Shown in pieces: positions 8,477 to 14,953 of a stretch of DNA of 64,000 nt (position 1 is its first letter; each line of letters begins with the position of its first letter). The stretch lies in contig JAJPIF010000019.1 in assembly GCA_021324885.1 (NCBI GenBank), positions 21,630 to 85,629 of the forward strand, written 5' to 3'. The notes beneath the pieces are model-generated. The model made no database searches. It had not been told where the DNA came from and saw only the letters and a list, made by a program, of their open reading frames with translations. The position numbers were made by a program, and so were the translations under genes. The stretch comes from Pseudomonadota bacterium (GTDB taxonomy: Bacteria; Desulfobacterota; Binatia; Binatales; Binataceae).

Positions 8477-10597
8477 CTACCGCAAAATCCCAGTCGGAAA
8501 TCCCGCCCGGCTCATGCGCCCGAAGTCGCCAGCGCGGATGGCGTTCTTTACATGCTCTACGACCTGCTCGCCCAGTTCGCGGCCGTTGCTGCCCGACACA
8601 TGAAGCGTCGGCGAAAAGTGGATATCGCCGCCGCGGTTGTTCGTAGTTGAATTGCTGTACGAGGCGCGGATCCCGGCACCCATGCTGCTTACTGCCGACA
8701 TATCCGAACGCGGGATTACGTACTCGCCGGCATGAACCAGCGCTAAGCCGGTCTGTGTAACCGGGCCGCCCTCGGCGAAGCCGAAGATGCCGCCGATCAG
8801 GCCGGCTATGCTTCCGATGCCGCTGGCTATCCCTCCGAGCCCGCCGCCGCCGCTTCCGCCGCCCAGCAATCCGCCCAATGCACCAAAGACCGTGCTAAAG
8901 ATCGACGAGATCGTCGGCGTCAGGTCTTGCCAAACCCTCTCGAACAGGGACTGGATCTGACTCTGCGGGAACAGCGCCTGGAATAACTCATTGTAGCTCT
9001 TGGTCAGTAGCGTGTCAGTGAACCGCTCGGCCATCCGGACGCCTACTTCTTCGAGCGCTCGGCCGGGACCACCGCCGCGCCCGCGACCCCGAGGTGTCAT
9101 CGCGGCTTCGATTACGCTCATCGTCCCGCCTGCCGCTTCGCTCGACATGCGGGAAATCATTTCGTCATGCTGGCGCTGCTCTTCGGCCAGGAACTGCGTG
9201 AACGCATGTAAATTCTTGTTGTAATTTTCGCTGGCCAGTCGCGCCTGCTCGCTGAAATACTGCGTCCAGGCGTGGAGCCGGCGGTTGAAGGCCTGCGCTT
9301 GCTGATTGTCAAAGGCCTGCTGCTGGCGCGCGAATTCGTTGGCCGCTTGCTGCTCTTCGACCAGGGCGCGGCGGTATTCGATCGACTGCTGGCCGAACAG
9401 CTCTTTGGCCTTTTCGACCACGCTCATCATGATGCCGACCTTCACGACGGCGTTGTTCTGAGCCTCAGCCAGCTCGAGTTGCTGCTCTTCTACGAAAGCG
9501 CGGAATTGCTCTTCCGCCGCCTTGTGCGCAGCCGCGGCGCCGCCAGTTTTGGTGACATTGACTTGGTCGCCCGGGCCCCCGACGACGCTGCTGCTGAAGT
9601 TGACCAGCTTGTTGATATCTTCAAGCTGCTTGCGCGCATCGTCGCCTGCCTTGCGCCATAAGTCGGGGCTGAACGGGTGCATTACGACCGTGCCGGCGAT
9701 TTTCAGCCCTTCGATGTACTCAGTGAGATATCCGTTGAGCTTGATCAGCGCCGGCGTTATTTCGGTCGCGACCGTGCGCCACAAGCTCTCGCCCGAGATT
9801 TTCAAGGCTTCCCACGAGCGATGGAGCCGGTCGGCGTCTTCCGCCTGCTCGGTCGTCAGCGGATTTAAGTCGCTGTACGCTTTTTCAAGCTCGAGGATTC
9901 CCTCGCCCCCCTCGCGCATCACCGGCAGGAGTTGCGTTCCCATGCGCGAGCCGAGAAGAGTTGCGGCTTCACCCAACTTTTCGGTCGAATCGCGCGTCTG
10001 CGCCATCGCATCCGCCACGCGCAAAAAGACTTCGTGAGGATTCAGACCCTTCAGCTCATCGATGCTGATCCCGAACGCAGCAAACGCCGCCTGCGCCTGC
10101 TTGCCGCCCTGCTCGGCCTGAACCATTTTTTCGGAAAGCATGGTCATGGAGCGGGCAAGTGCGTCCATCGGAACGTCGGCCAGGCGTGAGACGCCCGCCA
10201 GCGCATTCATCTGCTCGACTGTGATTCCCGTGCGCTCGCTCAGGTGAAGGAGTTGGACCTCGAGCTCATTCGCGCCGGCGGCGCCCTCGATCAGCCGGTG
10301 GCCGAGATCGATCGCGGCGCCGACCAGGAAAACATCGGCGAGCCCCTCAAGCGTGGTCTTAACTGACTCTGCGGCCTCGTTGATTTCCGCGAAGGCGCCT
10401 TTTGATTCATCGGCTGACACCTGCATGGAGCGCGTCAGCTTGGTTATCGAGGCCTGGCCACCGCGCGCCATGCCCTCGAGCGCGCGCTGGGTTTCGGCTG
10501 CGGACTGAGCCGCAATCCGCGCGCTCTCGTTCATCTTACTGACAAAGTCTGAGATCTCGGCCCGGATCACAGCTTGTAATTGAGCATCACTCGGCAT
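8477..10597 (-). CDS. Phage tail tape-measure protein
   Basis: 706 aa, alpha-helical and Ala/Gln-rich. TMP core-like stretch GITVEQMNALAGVSRLADVPMDALARSMTMLSEKM...FAAFGISIDELKGLNPHEVFLRVADAM...LGSRMGTQLLPVM, plus a Gly-rich segment GGGSGGGGLGGIASGIGSIAGLIGGIFG. Confidence 0.8.
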   Translation of the reverse strand: MPSDAQLQAVIRAEISDFVSKMNESARIAAQSAAETQRALEGMARGGQASITKLTRSMQVSADESKGAFAEINEAAESVKTTLEGLADVFLVGAAIDLGHRLIEGAAGANELEVQLLHLSERTGITVEQMNALAGVSRLADVPMDALARSMTMLSEKMVQAEQGGKQAQAAFAAFGISIDELKGLNPHEVFLRVADAMAQTRDSTEKLGEAATLLGSRMGTQLLPVMREGGEGILELEKAYSDLNPLTTEQAEDADRLHRSWEALKISGESLWRTVATEITPALIKLNGYLTEYIEGLKIAGTVVMHPFSPDLWRKAGDDARKQLEDINKLVNFSSSVVGGPGDQVNVTKTGGAAAAHKAAEEQFRAFVEEQQLELAEAQNNAVVKVGIMMSVVEKAKELFGQQSIEYRRALVEEQQAANEFARQQQAFDNQQAQAFNRRLHAWTQYFSEQARLASENYNKNLHAFTQFLAEEQRQHDEMISRMSSEAAGGTMSVIEAAMTPRGRGRGGGPGRALEEVGVRMAERFTDTLLTKSYNELFQALFPQSQIQSLFERVWQDLTPTISSIFSTVFGALGGLLGGGSGGGGLGGIASGIGSIAGLIGGIFGFAEGGPVTQTGLALVHAGEYVIPRSDMSAVSSMGAGIRASYSNSTTNNRGGDIHFSPTLHVSGSNGRELGEQVVEHVKNAIRAGDFGRMSRAGFPTGILR

Positions 10598-10642
10598 TGT
10601 ATTTTGGCCTCAACTATCTATGTAAGTTATCAACGCGGTTAC

Positions 10643-11005
10643 TCAGTTCAGCAATTCCGGTTTTGCAGCCATAGACCCGGTCACGTCGACCCTATAGTTC
10701 GCAAGAGCATAAATCGCGTCGTGAAGGTCGAAGAGGCCAGCGTGTTCCCGCAAGATGTCGGGATCCAAACCGGGATAATTCGGTCTCAGGAAAGCGGCGA
10801 CTATCCACACCTCGCAATCAAATTGAGCCTCGACGTCTCCCCTTAAAACAGCTTCATCCAGCAACGGGTGTACGAGAGCGAGGACAGGGGTAGCGTGCTC
10901 GATTGTTTCATCGCTGGATGCAAGCTGGAATTCCTGGCCGGCGATCACGACGCGAGGGCCTGCGAGCAGCGGATCGCGGATTTTCCCGCTGTACCAATTC
11001 GCCAT
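10643..11005 (-). CDS. Hypothetical protein; possible tail assembly chaperone by position
   Basis: 120 aa, immediately upstream of the tape-measure gene. Its start overlaps the previous stop (TAATG). No diagnostic motif. Confidence 0.5.
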   Translation of the reverse strand: MANWYSGKIRDPLLAGPRVVIAGQEFQLASSDETIEHATPVLALVHPLLDEAVLRGDVEAQFDCEVWIVAAFLRPNYPGLDPDILREHAGLFDLHDAIYALANYRVDVTGSMAAKPELLN

Positions 11006-11325
11006 TACTCATTTTCCTCGCTGTGACTATCCAGGTCGAATCGACTGAGTTTTTCCCGCAACTCGGCGATGATGCGATCGCAGTACACGCCCACGCTGTG
11101 ATGGGTTTTCGCCCTCGCCGCCATCTGTTCGGCGACATACCGGATGGCCGGCGCTGTGCGGTCGAACACTTGGGCGATCTGAGCGTCGGATATGCCGATG
11201 GCGCGCAGGGCATAGGCCGCAACCGCCTGGCGAAAATGCTCGCGCTCCACACCCTGCAGCTCCCTCATGCCCAGCACTTCGCGAACGATCGGGCGTAGAT
11301 ATTTCGTGTCGATTTTCATTGACAT
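11005..11325 (-). CDS. Hypothetical helix-turn-helix protein (DnaA domain IV-like)
   Basis: 106 aa. HFRQAVAAYALRAIGISDAQIAQVFDRTAPAIRYVAEQM resembles the DnaA C-terminal HTH pattern. Confidence 0.5.
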   Translation of the reverse strand: MSMKIDTKYLRPIVREVLGMRELQGVEREHFRQAVAAYALRAIGISDAQIAQVFDRTAPAIRYVAEQMAARAKTHHSVGVYCDRIIAELREKLSRFDLDSHSEENE

Positions 11326-11331
11326 GTAGGA

Positions 11332-11739
11332 TTACTCGGCGATCCAGATACAAGCGCCCTGGAAGGCCGGCTCGTCGCAAATGGCAATGTGATTTAACCG
11401 GGCCTCGAGGACTTCGTGTGTCCGGCCACGTATATTGCGATCGAGGAGGTCGATTCCGACGCTTAACCCCAACGCTTTGCGCCGCAGCAAGGCAAGGACC
11501 GGCTCGTCGGCGCCGATATCGGCGAAAATTGTCAGGTGATCCGGGCTGCAATTCAGCCCCAGGGTTAGGTTCTCAGTCGACGCGATAACTGGGCCGTCAT
11601 GCTCGATTCGCAGATCCACTGGATCGCCAGCTTCTAGGCTGGCATCGAAGGCGCCGGGGCGAATGAGCATTCGCTGATATCGTTCCTTGCCGATACGCAA
11701 ATTACTCGACATCTGGTTAAAGCGGACTGCGATTCCCAC
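11332..11739 (-). CDS. HK97-family phage prohead protease (N-terminus uncertain)
   Basis: VGIAVRFNQ...IRPGAFDASL...VDLRIEHDGPVIAST...LGLSVGI...LNHIAICDEPAFQGA matches the prohead protease pattern. The upstream ~100 codons of track ORF 11332..12033 look out of frame. Start placed at GTG 11739; the next ATG is at 11712. Confidence 0.6.
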   Translation of the reverse strand: MGIAVRFNQMSSNLRIGKERYQRMLIRPGAFDASLEAGDPVDLRIEHDGPVIASTENLTLGLNCSPDHLTIFADIGADEPVLALLRRKALGLSVGIDLLDRNIRGRTHEVLEARLNHIAICDEPAFQGACIWIAE

Positions 11740-12046
11740 GGCGTGTACCCCGTCGGCCGCGTGGAGGTGCGGTTCTTGCCGGCGGCGCCGACTGTGTAGA
11801 TGCCGGCGCAAGTAGGTGGGATGGCGCCTCAATCTCGCCGGGGTCGCCGCCGGTCCAGACGAAGCGATTCTTCTCGGCATTCCAGACCCATCCGGCCGGC
11901 GGCGAGCCGTCATATTCGTCATATTCGTCGTATTGCTCAGCCGCCGCTTGGACAGGGTAGTACCAGGGGACGAGCTCGCCGAGCAGGTTGGCGGCATAGG
12001 ACCGCTCGCGCGGGGCCAGGTGGCTGAGGTCAATCGTTTGTCGCAT
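11717..12046 (-). CDS. Hypothetical protein
   Basis: ATG 12046 is preceded by AAAGGAG. The first ~80 aa look protein-like (acidic EQYDEYDEYD). The last ~30 aa are Arg/Pro-rich and overlap the protease start region. Confidence 0.5.
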   Translation of the reverse strand: MRQTIDLSHLAPRERSYAANLLGELVPWYYPVQAAAEQYDEYDEYDGSPPAGWVWNAEKNRFVWTGGDPGEIEAPSHLLAPASTQSAPPARTAPPRGRRGTRRGNRSPL

Positions 12047-12161
12047 TCGCGTCTCCTTTCTTTGCTCGCTTTTTTTCGAGTTTGCGCGCTCGCTTCTCTG
12101 CCGCCCGGGCGGCCCGCTCGCGTTCGCGCTGATGCTTTAGGAACGAGTTACTCTTTCTCAT
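12030..12161 (-). CDS. Possible small basic protein (43 aa)
   Basis: MRKSNSFLKHQRERERAARAAEKRARKLEKKRAKKGDANATND. Its ATG overlaps the upstream stop as ATGA. It is below the ORF-track size cut-off. Confidence 0.3.
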   Translation of the reverse strand: MRKSNSFLKHQRERERAARAAEKRARKLEKKRAKKGDANATND

Positions 12162-12352
12162 CGGGTCACCTCCGCGGCTCGCGCTGCTACGGCTAAGCGC
12201 TCGGAGCAGAGCCGCAGCAACTTAACCTGCAGTTGCTGGAATTCGGCTGCGGATAGTTCGGCTGGCTTGCTGTTGAGAACGTCCTGGATAAACTCGCTGC
12301 ACCATCGATCGGCGATGCGGCGCGCTAAGCTGTCGAGGTTATGCGGGCTCAT
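12158..12352 (-). CDS. Hypothetical protein
   Basis: 64 aa with ATGA overlaps at both ends, which suggests translational coupling. Confidence 0.5.
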   Translation of the reverse strand: MSPHNLDSLARRIADRWCSEFIQDVLNSKPAELSAAEFQQLQVKLLRLCSERLAVAARAAEVTR

Positions 12353-12861
12353 AATTCGACAATCTCCGGCTCAAAATCGGCTGGCGTCAGCCGGCGTGAC
12401 TCTGCTGGCGATAACAGTTCGTGGCGGCGCAGGTAGCTCGCTTGCGACTCGAAGCGTGGCGGATCGTCGGGGTCTGAGTCCGCCCAGTGCGCAGGGACGC
12501 CGTAATCGAACGCTGGGACATACGCGAACCGTTCCCAAGCCGGCACGCCGCGGCCGCCAACACGCTTGCGCGGCTGGGCAAACTGCGGCCGTTCGGCGGC
12601 GGCAGGGAAAAGCCACGCGAAGAGGTCCGCTTGCGGTGCGCAGAATCGCCACCATAGGCGCGGCCGGCGTCCTGGATGCAACCGGCTGTAATAGGCGAGC
12701 ACGTCAGGCATCACGGCGAGGGCGATCGCGCGCATCTCATCGTCGGATCGGAACATGACCTCGAACGGTTCGTCTTCGGTCTCCTCGACGAACCAGCGCC
12801 AGAGCTCTTCGCTCGTGACCTCGGGCCGGCTGGCGCGGACTGGACGCGGTTTGCGTGGCAT
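12349..12861 (-). CDS. Hypothetical phage-element protein
   Basis: 170 aa. Starts 3 nt after the terS stop and ends in an ATGA overlap. No motif recognised. Confidence 0.6.
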   Translation of the reverse strand: MPRKPRPVRASRPEVTSEELWRWFVEETEDEPFEVMFRSDDEMRAIALAVMPDVLAYYSRLHPGRRPRLWWRFCAPQADLFAWLFPAAAERPQFAQPRKRVGGRGVPAWERFAYVPAFDYGVPAHWADSDPDDPPRFESQASYLRRHELLSPAESRRLTPADFEPEIVEL

Positions 12862-12864
12862 GGC

Positions 12865-13212
12865 TTATTTCCTCTCGCTCACTGGCGAATCGAGATTCAA
12901 CTCGCGCATCGCGCGCTGGTAGATGCGGGCGCAGGCTGCCTGAACGGTCAAGGCGGGATGGGGTCGCGTCACCCCATGTTTGTCTGTGAAGTATGGGCCC
13001 TCGCGCTCGACGGTCTGGCGCGCCTGCTCGCTACGATCGAGAGCTTCGAGCGCGGTCTGTAAATGCGCGAGGTGATGCACTTCGAGAACGTAGGCCCTGG
13101 CGATCTCGCGCCACAGGCGCCTTGACTTGTCGCTCAGGTGGCGCGGCGGGGCCGGGATCGTCGGCCGGCGAAGCGGGCGGAATGGAATGGCGTTGCTCTT
13201 GGTCATGGTCAT
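12865..13212 (-). CDS. Phage terminase small subunit, P27-family-like
   Basis: 115 aa. PPRHLSDKSRRLWREIARAYVLEVHHLAHLQTALEALDRSEQARQTVEREGPYFTDKHGVTRPHPALTV...MRELNLD follows the P27 TerS pattern. Confidence 0.65.
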   Translation of the reverse strand: MTMTKSNAIPFRPLRRPTIPAPPRHLSDKSRRLWREIARAYVLEVHHLAHLQTALEALDRSEQARQTVEREGPYFTDKHGVTRPHPALTVQAACARIYQRAMRELNLDSPVSERK

Positions 13213-13294
13213 TTAAGCTGAAATTCGTTCTCGTTCATGTTTTTGTGATTGCAGGCGCGGTCGCAGCCGCGCCGCGTCAGAGATTTGCACCCCC

Positions 13295-13567
13295 CTACCC
13301 CCGACCGTCTTTGAGTTCGGCGATGCGAGCGAAAAAAGCTTCGCTGGCGCGGCGCAGGTAGCGATCGAGCAAAGTCTCAAGCAGGGACCGTTCAGCGACG
13401 TCGCAGATCTGAGTAATCTCGGGAAGCGAACCGAACTTTTGCACCATGGCGCTGCGCACGGTACTCATCACTTCGGCGACGTCGTTATTCAGCTTGGCTT
13501 CGGTCTGACTGCTCAACCATTGCTCGATGCTTTTCAGCCCTTCCTGGATGAATTGTCTTGAATCCAT
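13295..13567 (-). CDS. Hypothetical protein
   Basis: Start at the internal ATG (MDSRQFIQEGL...), preceded by AGGAGA. 90 aa, helical. Confidence 0.55.
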   Translation of the reverse strand: MDSRQFIQEGLKSIEQWLSSQTEAKLNNDVAEVMSTVRSAMVQKFGSLPEITQICDVAERSLLETLLDRYLRRASEAFFARIAELKDGRG

Positions 13568-13578
13568 TTTCGGATCTC

Positions 13579-14244
13579 CTACGCGGATCCCCTCGCAGGT
13601 CGCGAGAATAACCATTCGGTCGGCTCGGCGAGCTCGGGCACTTCCGCGAGCATTGCTTCAAATTTCCGTTGCCTCTCTTCGCCATCGGCGATGAGCGCAA
13701 TCACGGTGTCTAAGGCGCGATCGAGCGCGACCAAGGCGGCGAGGCGCGCGCGAACTGATGGCGCATTGGTCGTCGTGTGGAATTCTTTGGTCAGGCTCAA
13801 CGCATTGTATTTCCCGGTAAATCGCTGGCTGGTCTCGAGCGATTTGCTGGTTAACTCGCGCAGCTCACGGATCCTTTCGCGATAACCTGAGATTTCCGCG
13901 GCAACCTGATTACGCAGGCGCGTCTCCAGCAGCGCTATTCGGTTGTCGGCACGCATGGAGCAGTCGAGGACGTCGCTATCGGCTTTCATCCGCCGATCGC
14001 GAGCGGCTTCGAATTGGCGTTCCGCTTCAATGGCTGCCTGGCGCGCGTCTTCTGCTGCCTGGCGCAAACCGGGCAGCTCCTTCATGGCCGCGGCGCGGAT
14101 CTCGGCGATCTCGTCGATAATCTTCTGGCGCTGCTGAGTTTCGAGCTTTTCGTTTTCGGTGATCAGCTTGCGGCCGAGGCTCGTCTGTTTGAACCAGTCG
14201 GGGAAATTTCGGACCTGCTGCTCTCGTTCTAACTGAGTATCCAT
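13579..14244 (-). CDS. Hypothetical coiled-coil protein
   Basis: 221 aa with AAAGGAGAA upstream. Long heptad-like Glu/Arg/Ala-rich helices. Confidence 0.6.
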   Translation of the reverse strand: MDTQLEREQQVRNFPDWFKQTSLGRKLITENEKLETQQRQKIIDEIAEIRAAAMKELPGLRQAAEDARQAAIEAERQFEAARDRRMKADSDVLDCSMRADNRIALLETRLRNQVAAEISGYRERIRELRELTSKSLETSQRFTGKYNALSLTKEFHTTTNAPSVRARLAALVALDRALDTVIALIADGEERQRKFEAMLAEVPELAEPTEWLFSRPARGSA

Positions 14245-14275
14245 TGTTTTCTCCTTTGCTGTTTGAATGTTTTGC

Positions 14276-14750
14276 TCAATGCCAGACCGCGCCGAACGTA
14301 GTATCCAAAGCGCCCGGCGTATACTGAGTCGGATCGCTGTTGACGCTGTTGCAGATCAGCACGCCATTTTTGACGTACAGACCAGGACGAAAATCGAATA
14401 CCCAGTCGTTTGCCGGATTGGACTGGCATTGCTGCGCCGGTGCGATCTGATTGCTGGTCGGCGGCGCGGCAGCCTGGTCGTAAATCTGGATTATACTGCG
14501 CCGATCCGGTGCAGTGTCCCCAGGCGAACATTAGCGATGCTTGCGCCGCGTCCGGGAAGGCTTGGCAGTTCCCCAGTTGGCTAGACGTCTCGCTGGTCAG
14601 ATCGCTCTTGGTCGCGGGACCGCCGGCTACGCTCGGCGTAGGCACCGGGTAGGGCGTTGGCGTCGGCGTGGTGGCGAAGGCTTGTGCGGCGGCGAGCGTC
14701 ACCCAAACCGCGGCGACGATAATGAGACGCGTGCAATTCGATGATTTCAT
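14276..14750 (-). pseudogene. Secreted protein gene interrupted by a frameshift
   Basis: N-terminus MKSSNCTRLIIVAAVWVTLAAAQAFA is signal-peptide-like and is followed by a Thr/Pro linker in one frame. A plausible C-terminus, ...SIIQIYDQAAAPPTSNQIAPAQQCQSNPANDWVFDFRPGLYVKNGVLICNSVNSDPTQYTPGALDTTFGAVWH*, lies in another frame. The switch is near the C4/G4 run at 14518-14521. Confidence 0.5.
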
Positions 14751-14953
14751 TCCGCTTCCCTCCACCTCTGAATCATTCGGTCTATTTCTTCGCGCTCTTG
14801 GGCGCGGCGTGCCTCTTCACGCCGGCGCTCCGCTTCGATCCGATCGGCTGCCTTTTGACATGTCGTGCAGCGCTGGAATCGGTTCGCGCCGGCCCACCAC
14901 GGCGATGTCCCGGCGCAGTCAACGCAGCGCCAGATTTTTGCTGGGCTTCTCAT
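14747..14953 (-). CDS. Small zinc-ribbon protein
   Basis: MRSPAKIWRCVDCAGTSPWWAGANRFQRCTTCQKAADRIEAERRREE... has CxxC...CxxC. ATGA overlaps with the replicase stop and with the next start. Confidence 0.5.
   Translation of the reverse strand: MRSPAKIWRCVDCAGTSPWWAGANRFQRCTTCQKAADRIEAERRREEARRAQEREEIDRMIQRWREAE

Noticed and set aside
11740-12033. N-terminal ~100 codons of track ORF 11332..12033 as part of the prohead protease.
   Set aside because: This part is Arg/Pro/Ser-rich nonsense-like sequence. It overlaps a better ORF (12046 start with a strong RBS) in another frame. Protease-like sequence only begins near 11760.
14229-14500. C-terminal half of track ORF 14229..14765 (…RAADQQSDRTGAAMPVQSGKRLGIRFSS…).
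   Set aside because: It reads as off-frame sequence. The alternative frame gives a convincing protein ending at 14276, so I call a frameshift instead.
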